This document shows, one piece after another, positions 41,802-54,745 of a DNA stretch of 64,000 nt (its first letter is position 1; each line of letters begins with the position of its first letter). The stretch covers positions 20,150,001 through 20,214,000 of the forward strand of contig OX597819.1 of the NCBI GenBank assembly GCA_951406725.2, read 5' to 3'. The DNA comes from Octopus vulgaris. Lineage: Eukaryota. The notes below the pieces were generated by a model. It was given only the letters and a program-made list of their open reading frames with translations. It was not told where the DNA came from and searched no databases. A program made the translations under genes and the position numbers.

Positions 41802-42393
41802 TATATATGTGTGTGTGTGTATGTGTGTGTGTGTGTGTGTGTGTGCAGCTCTATAACTGTCTGTCTCCCTACTTTTGTAGGATATTTCCTGTTGCAGTGA
41901 CACATTGTGAAATTTTAGAATTACGTCAAAATTTTCAAGCCTGTTATACTCAAACAATTTTCCACGTTAAATCCGATTTTCTCATTTATTTATTCCAGAA
42001 AAAAACTGCAGGGAAATCTTACTGGGGTTTAATCACTTTTACCTAATCACAAAACAGGATTTGGAAGCTGATATTTTCTACATGATAGCTATCACAAAAT
42101 GAAAGCAAAATCTTTAATAGGAGGAAATTTTATTAAACAAACGAAAACAAAATATTACAACGACGAAAGTTGTAAGAATGTTAAAAAGATAAAAAAAACC
42201 TCAACGAAGTTCTTATGCGAAAAATTGTACAAACCTATCTTCTGATGTTTATTCCTTTTGACCAGTACAAAGGTTGGTTGAGTTGAGCGGGAAGGTATGA
42301 AGGTGATGGAAAGAGAGGAAGAAATAGTAGTTTTATAGGGATGGATATGTGTGTGGCAATGTTGGACTTATTTTGCTATTCAGTGTGCAAATA

Positions 42394-43470
42394 TCAAGGA
42401 TGGGTTGTACTTTGTTCGATCTCATTTATGGCATGATTATCGTCGATGAAGCCTGAAGTAAACAGTTCAGCAAGTACAGTTACTACAGCCATCAGCTTTT
42501 GGGGTTCATTGTCTGAATTGATACATAATTTCTTAGGGTGAATCTTTAATTGTTTCTTGTGGTATAGCGCATAACATGTTAAATATTGGTTTGCTTCTTC
42601 ATTTGTTTGCGATCGTTCTTTGTTCTGTAATTTGCAGCTGATGTTATTTATTTTCAATTTATATTTTCAAATTCCAGAAACGATGCTTTGCTTTTAACGT
42701 TGCATGATCAGATCACATCAGAGTGTCTATTAATCACGTTTTCCCTGGATGTGATGATTTCCAGAGTTTGTTTAAGGCATAAGTTGCACACAAGTGATGT
42801 TCCGTTGTATGGCGCAGAATTTTCCATAATAGACCAGTGAGTTGTTTCTGCCTTCAGACGAAGTTCGACAGTGATGTGCAGTGATTTTATTTATATCGGA
42901 AAATAATGTAAGATGGTTACGGAGACGAAATCTCATGGTAATATACACGCATATCTGTGCACCTGCCTTCACATCACATTTGTAAATTACACTCTTTATC
43001 ATGCAGTTGTTAAATTCGCATTCTTCTTTATGTCTACAGTTACATATGATATAATACGTTTATTTCTCCCAGCGGAGTTACGACTTTCCTCGTCCTTCTT
43101 AATCGTGTTCTCATTCTTATGTATGGATTGGATCGTCAATTGTGTGGTGTTGTTTGGCTCTGTTTTTTTTATGGATGATCTTATCTGTAAATATTCCATC
43201 ATCGTGAACTGTGTTATTAGACACTGTCGCTTTTTTTTCCAGTTTTATTCAATTTAGTTTCCTATTATTTAGTATATGTGATATTCTAGATTGTGAGAGG
43301 TCGCGTATGTTAATTTTCCATAATGTCACTTAATGACTTTGTGATATTTTGAAGATCTTGGGAAGTACCTATCTAATGCTGCGAAGAAATCCTGACCTCT
43401 TTTGAATTTTACGTGTGAAATGAAAATTTTCTTAAACCAAATAATTTCATCACTACATTTTGAATTTCGT
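42394..43470 (-). pseudogene. Penelope-like element remnant (RT thumb/linker plus GIY-YIG endonuclease)
   Basis: EIIWFKKIF..GQDFFAALDRYFPRSSKYHKVIK..KLTYAT, then KSVIYKCDV..VYI..RNHLTLF..TSLSNFV..HWSIMENSAPYNGTSLVCNLCLKQTLEIITSRENVINRHSD. Same family as 11463-11980. Confidence 0.8.
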
Positions 43471-44884
43471 TTAATATATCACTTCTGTTTGTTAATGGAT
43501 TGTTTTTCCTCTCCTTGTACGGCTTTATTATCTTTATTTCTATCGGCGTTTAACGTTGCCCTTCTTTCCACCTTTGGCTGTTCTTTCATGGGTTTTGTTT
43601 TATATCTATTTTTCTTAGTGCTATGTATTTTTTTCTTTCCATTTTGGTCTTTATTATATTTTCTGTTTTCTAAGTTTTCGTATTCTGCGGTTATCATCAT
43701 GGTTATACCCACAATTAATACATAATAATATGTATATATACATATATATTCGTACACGCGCGCGCCCTCGCGACCACACACACACATACACACAAATATA
43801 TACGTATGTATATATACATCCACATACAAACATAGTGAAAGAGGAAGCGGAAACAGGATACACACAGACTTCCTATCGAAAATCTACCGAGTAAGACAAA
43901 AAAAGATGCCGGTGGTATAGATATTCTGAAGAAAGCAATTTGACTATTCTACTTCGAAAATTGTATATTATACGCAAGCACATGTGTGCTTTGCAATTAT
44001 ATACGTGAATAACGTGTTACACGCAAATACATTTAGTATTCGTAATATTTTCATTTTCTTTTAAGGGTAAGATTTCAGATTGGTCGACATTTTAACTCAG
44101 AACTAATATATTATGTACGCCCGTCAATCATCTGTATAAACAGTGTTCTAATTCCATTTCATGTTATACATATCTACCTTCAAATGATTTTAAAAATGCT
44201 GAATAATCAAACAATGCTTGTAGAGAAAATATTTCATAGATGGTGTCATTTTTTTGAAGAATACAGCGAAAAGTACATATTGCACTTTCTGATAAACAGG
44301 AATGCTGAGAGCATCGTTCCTGATTTTCCTTCCGAAATAATAACGACGCAGAACCAAAATCATATCTAATTAACTGATTCGAAGTGCCTGGCACTTAGAG
44401 AAAACGACTCATTAATTGTGTCAAATATTGCATACGTATTCCTGGTAATTTTCGTGAAATGTGTTTCTGAATTAATGTGTGTAAACACACATACATATAT
44501 ACATACATACATGCACGCATACATACGTACATACATACATACATGCATACATACATACACATACAAACAGAGAGACAGAGAAGCATACATAGATATACAT
44601 ATACGTACGCGCATATACACATGTAACCGGCAATTATCTACATCTCCAGACATATATGCGCACACAATATTCCATATATGTGCTGCAGATAATTGTAAGT
44701 TCAAGCTTTCAGCACTATATCAATAGGAAATATTTCCCAAAATGAGATCACGTGATTTAATACTACATTTTTAGTTCTCAGGAGACGAAAATATACGAAT
44801 AAAAAATATATATTTAGGGTGAATGCACGTGCGACTATAGAGATCTTCGCCAACGTATGCATGTTTCTAGGTGTATTTATCTTA

Positions 44885-45090
<206 letters not shown>

Positions 45091-45304
45091 TGGATGCGAT
45101 GGGTAAATTGTCGCCATATTGTACTTATAAATAGTTCGTGCATGTACATTGATTATTTTCGAAATTATCGACTACACAGCATGGTAGGGTCAGCTGGGCA
45201 CCGTTTGAGAAGAACAGCACCACGATTCAATTCATTCTGCCAGAAATTGGGAAACGGCAATACGGAAATGTCAGAGTGCTTAACTATCAAAATGTGGACA
45301 TATC

Positions 45305-45590
45305 CCGGGAGTGATAAATATCAAACATCAAGTCAACATCATGGTGTTTGGAGTGATCGCAAATGACGGCGACGTTATGCCTCCATTCATCTTCTCACAC
45401 AGCCTCAGACTCAACACAGAGGCCTAAATCATGTTCCTGGAGAAGATAGCCTTGCCCTGGGTCAAAACGGTGCTGCCAGAAGACTTTATGTTTGGCAACA
45501 GGATTCTTCACCATGTTACACAACTAAAGGAACCGAATATATGGCTGTCAGACAATTTCAGCAACTACATCACCCCTAACATCGGGCATG
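45305..45590 (+). pseudogene. Tc1/mariner (maT/DD37D-like) transposase remnant
   Basis: [57 protein letters not shown]. Confidence 0.75.
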
Positions 45591-45980
45591 CTACCGCGAC
45601 CCCTGTTCACTGAGAAAATTCCGTGCTGCAGCACGGAAATATTTTGACAAATTAAATTTAAATGTTGAAGTGAATCTAACAGTTTTTGTGTGTTTCTTAT
45701 ATGGATTATACCATTCAAAGTCAATTTTGTCAGGTGACAAACTTTCTTACTCATGTTTTCCTCGCACATGCTGTACAGACTTTTCTTTTGCCATCCTTGG
45801 AGTTTTGACTGTGAGTACTCTAGCAACTGAGAATTGCACTTGTATTGGTTTTCTTGCATCACTTTCTCTCTTTGTTATTTTCCTCTGTTTTGTTTTAAAC
45901 AGTCATACCAGTTCTTGTGTACATGCAACACAAGGCTAAGATTTAATCCTGCAAATATAACAACAAAGCTTTCTGTATTA

Positions 45981-47186
45981 TAAGGTTGTCCTAAAAGTTC
46001 GTAAACACTTGCGAAAATTTGAATTTTCATGCAATTTTTAATTGTTTGTTTGGGTCTATATTGTTATAGTTACCTTCATCTTTATATTCCAGATGTTATC
46101 CAATTGATCAGTTTATTTGCAATCTGTGTTACGCCGAATCTCTCTGCAAACTATTCCAAGGGCATGCAGAAGAGATTTGTGCTGCCGAAAGTGAAGGAAT
46201 AATCGCATATGCGGCGATCTCAAAGTGGTACAAGCGTTTCGATTCTGGCGACATGACTCTTGAAGATAAGCCTCGTTCGGGACGGCCGTTAAAGTTAGAT
46301 GATGGAGACTTACAAACCGGGTTGAACATTACGCCTTCATCGAGTACTCGAGAATTGGCTGATGAGCTTGGAGTTGGCAAATCAACAATACACCGACACT
46401 TGAGGCAACTTGATTTTGTTCATAAAAAGCCGCGCCAAGATCCACACGAACTCACCGAAGCACAAGCCAACAGATGAGTTGAAATTTGCCGTCAATTGCT
46501 CAGCAATCCATTGGACGACTGGTTTTGGAAGCGCATTGTGACTTCGGACGAGAAATGGGTCTATCTGATCCAGCACAATCGAGACAAGCGATGGGTTCAG
46601 AAAGGGCAAGAGACACCGTCGGTTCCAAAGCAAGAAAGTCATGTTGTGCCTTTGGTGGAACTTTGAAGGAATCATGCATTTTGAGTTGGTTCCGAGTGGT
46701 CGTTCCATCAGTGCCGAACTTTACTGTCAGCAACTGGAGCGGGTCTACGAAATGTTGAAGCAAAAGTACCCGGCTCTGATCAACCGAAAGCGCGCTTTGA
46801 TGCAGCAGGACAATGCCAAGCCACACACCACCAGGAAGACGAAAGACAAGTTTGAAGAGATGGCCGGCGTTGAGGTTCTGCCACATTCAGCCTACAGTCC
46901 TGACTGTGCTCCATCAGATTACGGCCTTTTCCGCTCAATGCAACAGTTTCTTAAGGGCCGCCGATTCGACTCGTTTAATGAAGTCGAGGAAGCGTGTCAT
47001 ATATTCTTTGATTCGAAGCCGGCTGAATGGTACTTTGACCTGATTCGACAGCTTGCAGATCGATGGCAGAAAGTCTTGGAAAATAATGGTCTTTATTTTG
47101 AGGAATAATTTTTGTTGTTTTTGTTAGTACTTGGCGAGTAAAAATTCAATTTTAGCAAGTGTTTACGAACTTTTGGGACAACCTAA
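45981..47186 (+). mobile_element. Near full-length mariner DNA transposon (1206 bp)
   Basis: About 45-bp TIRs (taaggttgtcctaaaagttcgtaaacacttgc / gcaagtgtttacgaacttttgggacaacctaa), TA dinucleotide on both sides. Confidence 0.93.
46166..47108 (+). pseudogene. Mariner transposase pseudogene
   Basis: LEDKPRSGRP, IVTSDEKW, QQDNAKPH and YSPDCAPSDYGLF motifs. N-terminus missing, TGA at 46475, frameshift near 46637. Confidence 0.93.
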
Positions 47187-47316
47187 TATTAATCTTAATC
47201 GTTTTGTTTTCACATCTACAAAGAAAAATTCTAGCGCGTTTCAAGGCCTTATGGTGCCATTATGATTTATACGTTCATTTTTAAACGTGTTATCCAAATG
47301 ATCAGTTTATTTGCAA

Positions 47317-47465
47317 TCTGTGTTACGCCGAGTCTCCCTGCAAACTATTCCAAGGGCATGCGTGCTTGAAGTGTGCTCAGCCACTTGTAACTTAATTTCA
47401 CTTCAGCATCAATTCCATTCGGTTGTTCGGATCAATTATAATACGCATCGTCGTAACCGACGAAG
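47317..47465 (+). mobile_element. Decayed 3' part of family B SINE
   Basis: Aligns to about 40044-40185 (tctgtgt.acgc.ga..tccc..aacta..aaggg..gtgctcagccactt..gtcgtaaccgacg). Confidence 0.7.
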
Positions 47466-47769
47466 AACCAAGTTGAGTCTTTGAACCATGCTTCTGCTTC
47501 GTGAAGACTTCTTTGATCACTCTTCCGTATATTCCTAACGTCACTTCTGCACATAGATCTGTGTCGTTGTGGTAAAAAAGAAGAAGAAAATGAAAAAGAA
47601 TATGTAAGAGAACAAGTACAATGATGCGGAAGACAACAGATTGGGAAAATTATGTGTGGAAGGTTGACATCGCTGGAGAATTCGAAACAGATGTAAAGCA
47701 ATAACGATGAGAAAAAATAGAGAAGCAGAGAAGAGACAACAAAGTGGGAAGAGAAAAAGGTGGAGTTCA

Positions 47770-47789
47770 TGTAGTAGTGATGGTAGTGT

Positions 47790-47821
<32 letters not shown>

Positions 47822-47935
47822 GAAAAAGAAGAAGAAACAGAAGAAGAAGAAGAAGAAGAAGAAGAAGAAGAAGAAGAAGAAGAAGAAGAAGAAGAAGAAG
47901 AAGAAGAAGAAGAGGAAGTAGAAGAAGAAGAAGAA
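47770..47935. repeat. (GTA)n(GAA)n microsatellite
   Basis: Directly visible. Confidence 0.95.
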
Positions 47936-48336
47936 CATTGATTATAACAATATTACATATCTGTTTTCTTTCTAAAAAATATTAATTAGAATTTTATTTA
48001 AAATATCTGATTTTTTTAGAGTAATAGCACATCGTTATCTAATGTGTTTTCTTTTTTCTGAATCATATCTTAAATCTTGATAAACCGTTCCAGTGCCATT
48101 TCATTCTAGAACCATTATCTGATGGAATTGACCAAATTTCATTTATCAACCATTATTATTACCTTTATTAATTATTACCCTAATCAATCTTTTAGAACTT
48201 ATTTTCAGAACCATAACGCAGTTAAACAGTAGCCCGTCTTTGTTTATTGAAGATATTCGAGCATTTCGAACACTAAATAATTAGTAAACCATTTTTACAG
48301 TATGTTTATCATAAGATAGCTTAGATGTCATATAAG

Positions 48337-48519
48337 TGGAGGCGCAATGGCTTAGTGTTTAGGGCAGCCGTCTCGCGGGTGTGGGATCGCGGTTTCGATT
48401 CCAAGACCGGGCGCTGTGAGTGTTTATTGAGCGAAAACACCTAAATCTCCACGAGGCTCCACGAGGCTCCGGCAAGGTGTGGTGCGAACCTATTGTATTC
48501 TTTCACCACAACTTTCTCA
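48337..48519 (+). mobile_element. Family B SINE, 5' part
   Basis: Matches 39811-39985; small internal duplication ctccacgagg. Confidence 0.85.
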
Positions 48520-50115
48520 AATTGATTTAATTGGGTAGAGAAACAATTGTAGGTAAAATTGAGTTTAATAATATTCAGAATTATATTATGTTCTAATAAA
48601 TTGATGTATATACGTCATACATACATGTCTAAAAGTCATACACACACATACACACACATATATCAGTTCCGCCTCTTCTCTTGAATAGCAGGCTGACCCC
48701 TCTTGTAAGCAGTCTGACCCCTCTTCAAGGATGCTGGTGGACTGTTTGTAGTGCACCCTGGTAATATCACTATATACATATGTATGCGATATTGGCCCTT
48801 TTAATGTCAGTTATGAATGTTCTGATACAAATGCTCTTAAAGGGATGTCGGCTATGGTAATTAGGAAACATTTTTTTCCCCCTCTGGTAATGTCCATTTA
48901 GAAGTTGTTGTTGAATAGGCACAATTACGTAATGAAAATATTTCATTTACGCAACTGTGGTTCAATATATATAGCATTCTTTTATAACGATTTCTTTATG
49001 TGGTCCTGCGTTGGCCACATTGGGAATGTCTTCATAGGTTACGTGGTCTTAAGGGCAATTTCGATCTATTCAAGTAATATTGTCATTTGACGGGAATCAT
49101 CCAGCTTTATATTTATTTTTACGGTAACCTGTATTTTCATAGACCTGTATTTTTATGTGATGGAGATTAAGGACCAGATATTTGTATTCTCTAGAACAGC
49201 TTTGCCAATTCCATGATTGTTATCAGTCACAATACTACCATCGTTCCTAGTGACACTACTCGTTCTCAAACCAAGATTTCCCTCATTACGATCTACTCCT
49301 GATGCAAGTCATCGTAAGTTTTAAATATTTCAGATGATGAAGACAATATCAACGGCAAAACTAAGGTCATCAGCTCAGTCTGTGATCTGCACGGCATTCC
49401 TCAATCGGGTATATATGAATTGTTGAATATATTCAAATATGATATCACATCCCAGTTGTAGTTTAAATCAATTTAAATATTTTTCTTCTCGTGATCCTAT
49501 GTATTCTATATTGTAAATATAATACCGTTTTATGTTTAATATGGTACCTTTTTAATATTTGCAATGCATACATTTACTGTCTGATAAACGTTTGCCTATC
49601 ATTAAGATTAATATCATAACTACTACAGAATGTTTGTATACATATTAATACGCCATTCGTATTTCATGATAGCGATGTAGTGTTGAAAATTCTTTTGCAT
49701 TTCAAGGAATACATGTGCTATATTTAAATAGTCTAGAGTGATTTTTACGAGCTTTATACTAGTCATTTCGGCACAGGACGCTCTTTCGAATGTAGATTTG
49801 TATAGAAATTTCGTTGACTGAAATTTCTTTTTCTCAAGTTCATTAATGTCATCTATGGAAGTACCTTCTCACTTGAAATCGTTTTGTTCCATTAAAATAT
49901 TTACGAGGGTTTATTTGCTAGGTACCAGGACCTACTTTTTACACAGCATATAGAAGTGAGATGTGACTGTGTGCTAAAGGAAAGATTCTTTCATTTTTCT
50001 TTATGGTGAGAGCACTCTGCAAGAGGATATGAGGACGTATAAATGTAAGAAAGTGAGCGTGCGTGATTCTGTGTTTATCTATGTTTGAATTAAAGACACA
50101 AAAACCATTCAGTGA

Positions 50116-50218
<103 letters not shown>

Positions 50219-51014
50219 CTGTGTGGTTGTATGCTTATACAGACACACGTATATATGAATTAGCACACACACACGCAAATACACATACATATGTGTCTTT
50301 CTATCATTTTGTATTTGTTACTTAGATCAGGTTTTTTTCCAAAACTGAAGACGAATGAAACAGAGAGATAAAGAGAGAGAAGAAGAGATAGAGAGAAAGA
50401 TATATATATATAGAGAGAGAGAAAGTGAAAGTGAAAGAGAGAGAATGGTTGTGCACTAAAACAAATCATGATTCTTTTCCATTTTTGTCCATAGAAAGTA
50501 TACCTTCAGAATTTGCACATACAATTTATCTTAGAAGTAAAAAAAAATACTAATATTATTTTTTTCCTGCTAAAATGACATTACCGTGATCTCTACATAT
50601 TTGTTCCTTCAGGTTTTTCCTGCAGTTGAATACATAACGCATTACTTTTTTTATCTCGATTGGCAACAGCATTCCCTTTTCATAGATAATACCTTACAAT
50701 AAACAAAATATAAATGTTTGGCTATAGAGTGATATATATATATATATGTAGGTATGTATATATTATATCAGAGAGGGAGAGAGAGATAGAGAAAGTATGT
50801 GTACGTGTGTGTGTTTGTGTGCACTAAAACAATCCATGATTATTTTTCATTTTTATCCTTTCGCATTTCACTCTTTTTCTTCCCCAGTTTCTGTGTGTGC
50901 GTTATTGTATATGTTATTTATTCTTTGGACAGCAACCATGGGAAACAATACTCAATATATGCGTTCAATCATTTAGCTCTACCCTATCAATGGTTCCCTT
51001 ATATGCTAATATTG

Positions 51015-51197
51015 TTATAAAATGTTGGTACACAACCAGCAAATTCGGAGGGGGTGGGCCAAAGTCGATTACATCGGCCTCAGTTCTCAACTCGTACTTC
51101 TCTTGATGACCTCGAAAGGATGAAAGGCACAGAACGTAAAAACCGGTGAAACTGTCGTTATCCCGGCGTGCCAACTATCCTACTAGCTCACCGACTT
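51015..51197 (-). mobile_element. Decayed family A SINE
   Basis: aagtcgattacatcg..cgaaaggatgaaaggca..cccggcgtg. Confidence 0.65.
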
Positions 51198-51769
51198 CAC
51201 ATTGGATAGTAATACTGTTTTCCCTTGAAATGAAGTCGGTAATCGGTGTGTCGCTAGAATGGGAGGATTAGCAGTGAAGGTGATTACGGAGAGAACATAT
51301 CAGGGCTTATATTAGTGTGTACGTACACGCAGTGGAAATCAATTTGCGAGCAAGTAAGATCGCTTCAGAAAATCAGTAAGGTCGGGCAAAGGTTCCAAGA
51401 GTCACAACAATTTCCTTTGCGGGGAATTTGTTTCGTGTGGGTAAAGCATTGCAGAACATTGAACCCAATTTTCAGTAAAACAAACTACAAAAGCGGTGGA
51501 GCAGGAGATTAGAAACTAAATTCTCTTCCGTTCTTTATCTTTTTTTGTGTGCAATGTTACATTCTAGAATTCAGTTCTAACGAGAAATAGAGTCCTTCTC
51601 TTCCGGTTGCTAAATAAAACATAACTGGCGCCCTAACACCTGCTTTTTACTCCGGGTCAGATTAAAGCTGGGAGCAATAATAGCTAAGTGCTTGTTCCAC
51701 ATATCTCACAGCTCTAGATCTTCTGTACCAGGGTTCCACTACCGAATGTACTCTAAATTCCTACACAGG

Positions 51770-51844
<75 letters not shown>

Positions 51845-51847
<3 letters not shown>

Positions 51848-52148
51848 AGGCGCAATGGCCTAGTGGTTAGGGCAGCGGACTCGCGGTCGCAGTAACGCGG
51901 TTTCGATTCCCAGACCGGGCGTTGTGAGTGTTTATTGAGCGAAAACACCTATATGCTCCACGAGGCTCCGGCAGGGGGTTGTGATCCCTGCTGTACTCTT
52001 TCACCACTCTTTCTCTCACTCTTTCTTCTGATGGCCTGCTCGCTTAGCCAGCGGGGTGGCGTCATTCGAAGGCTAAAACAATGCGAACGCATAGTGACCA
52101 GCGATGTGTAACAACATCTGATGGTCTGGTCGGTCACGTGATCACGTG
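51845..52148 (+). mobile_element. Family B SINE with alternative 3' tail
   Basis: Same head as 39811, but diverges after ctctcactct into ggcctgctcgcttagccagcgggg..cacgtgatcacgtg. Confidence 0.85.
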
Positions 52149-52194
52149 ATATATATATATATATATATACGTACATATATAACTGTAGACGCGC

Positions 52195-52225
<31 letters not shown>

Positions 52226-52454
52226 TACACACAAACAAACACACACACATACACACACATGTATGTTGCCGAGTTAACACTGATCATTTATAACTGTCAG
52301 CTATCAGATACCATGTGCTTAGAACTCCGTTTAAAGTTGTCCAATGCTGTGGTTAAGAAGATTGGGGGAAGAAAGCCACTTAAAATTCGAAAAGGCACAG
52401 GAGAAATGCGACAATAAAGTCGCTAGCGTTGCAGACGAAATATAATGATGTGCA

Positions 52455-52750
52455 AAAAGAAAAACGAGGCAAACTAGTTGAAATCAATCTCCCTACAGAT
52501 GTCAACAATAGAAACATTTTAGTGAAAAAGGGAAAACATTTGAAGGACTAATAAGACAACATTTTGCATATCATCAGCAATAAAAATTTACATTTCTCCC
52601 AATATTCATTGGGGAAGATGGATACGTAACTACTCTGGTACCAATCTGGAGAAGCTGCAATTCACAAAACCAAAAGCAACATTCGATCGCGAAGAATAGA
52701 TAAAAAATCTGACAAATCTACAGAAAACGTGTAAATATTCATGATATTCA
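52455..52750 (+). pseudogene. Restriction-like endonuclease domain remnant of an R4/Dong-like element
   Basis: KEKRGKLVEINLPTDVN..SEKGKTFEGLIR..KFTFLPIFIGEDGYVT matches the RLE pattern VEIS.P.D.N..EK..Y..L..PIIIGALG.V. Confidence 0.6.
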
Positions 52751-52984
52751 GTCTGTAATATGTAGCTGTCGGACTGGCAGTGTGAAGCGGCTGACCTCCC
52801 TTGTTCGAAGGTTATAATGGATACAGACCGTGTATCAATAGCTATCTTGATGGCGGTGGCCTCATGGAGCTGACCAGCGGCAGCGATTATTCTTATATCT
52901 ATAAGAATGCCATATTAATATGGCGATAACAATTAATTTCCAGTAAACGCTGCCGTAATCTCTTTTATAGAGACTTAGTAATTT

Positions 52985-53040
<56 letters not shown>

Positions 53041-54449
53041 AAGTTAAATATTTTGATTCGGTTCTATTGACAGGCAATTTCGCTGGCCTCTAAGATTAGC
53101 GCGTCTCTTCATGTCTTTATGTTACAAGCAATCTTAAGACTGAAAAGGGCTAATTCATGTCCAACTACCCATGTAACAATATATTTTGAAAATCATACAA
53201 TACTACTACTAGGGTAACTTATAAAACAATAATTATACAAATAATATTTTATTCAGCGTTACGAAATATTTTTTTTCTAAATATACTTCTGAATATATTT
53301 CTAATTTTAGTTTATGGAAATGATTTTAACAATTTTTCTAATAGAAACAAATAATTTAAAATTTGAAAGAAAAATCTTCTGTGATGCGAGTAATGAATGG
53401 TGAAAATAAAGACATACAAAACCCGTTTTCGATGTCAGCTTATCTAATACACTCTTCTGCGTCATATCGGTAATGTTTCATCTATACGACACTGGGATTT
53501 TCAAATCTCTCTTACTGAATGCTAATGAGGTTAAGCAAAGAATGTTACAAACTTTTGCCATGTAATTCTTCAACTGAATTCACCTTCCAGTTTGAAAATT
53601 AACATCTTGTATTTTTTGTGTTGTTAGTTTTTTGTTGTTATTAGGTGTTTAATTTTTTTTCATTTCTACATGTATATATATATATATAAATATTTTTTTT
53701 TTTTTACACAAATCTTAAAATTGCAAGATTGTTTGACATTTCCAAGAAGTCAAACAAATTGTTATAAAACTGAAACGTTGGTATCTGCATATAGCTTCTA
53801 AACATTTTAATATGTTATCACATGCACAACATTTTTATTTACTAAATATTTTTTTCATAGCAACATATCTTACTCTCGGCTTTTTCATTTCAAATAGAAA
53901 CATCGAACAACTATAAGAAAACATAAATCAATATAAATATATATGATATATCGTTAATGATACTTATACATATGATATATCTACAGTGTGTAAAAAGAAA
54001 ATAATAAGAATTTTCGATTTAAAATTCCAAATGCAAAACACTCAGCATATTCTACATTTCTTTACGAAAAACAAGTTGAAATAACTGTTAACCTGGATAC
54101 TTTAAACTTCTCATATTTTCTTATTTATTGACTATTCTGAAGTATATTTCTTCGTTACTTCAATAATTTATGAAATCTTTTATAATTTGTAGATCGTAAA
54201 GATCTACTCTCCATTTATTTTATTTCACAAACTTAGTTCAAACAAAACAGCCAAGGCATTGCGTTCGACGAGTTTTGAAAAACGTATTTGTGTATTTACT
54301 GAAATCTAGATGTAAAATATAAAATTTAACGTAATTGATAGAGGTGTATAATTGAAGACGAATCTAGCAAATGTTGCATGCGTTACAGCAAACTTGTTAA
54401 TATTCATAATGCAATGACTCTCTCATTCATAAAACATAGAACTCTCTCT

Positions 54450-54535
<86 letters not shown>

Positions 54536-54712
54536 TGTGTGCGTGCGTACGTTTGTGCGCGTGCAGGTGTGTGTGTTTATATATATGCATGTATATATAT
54601 ATGTGTGTGTGTGCGTGTATGTGCGCGTGTTTGTGTAAGTGTGTGATTATATAAATATATATATATATATGTGCATGTATATATATGTACATATATATAC
54701 ATACACACACAG

Positions 54713-54745
<33 letters not shown>

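Noticed and set aside
47707-47985. Poly-Arg/poly-Glu ORFs (protamine-like appearance)
   Set aside because: Translation of a (GAA)n microsatellite; no gene context.
49100-49460. Possible Penelope RT remnant on the minus strand (VDIVFII*, KYLVLNLHH)
   Set aside because: Only short scattered matches; needs a profile search.
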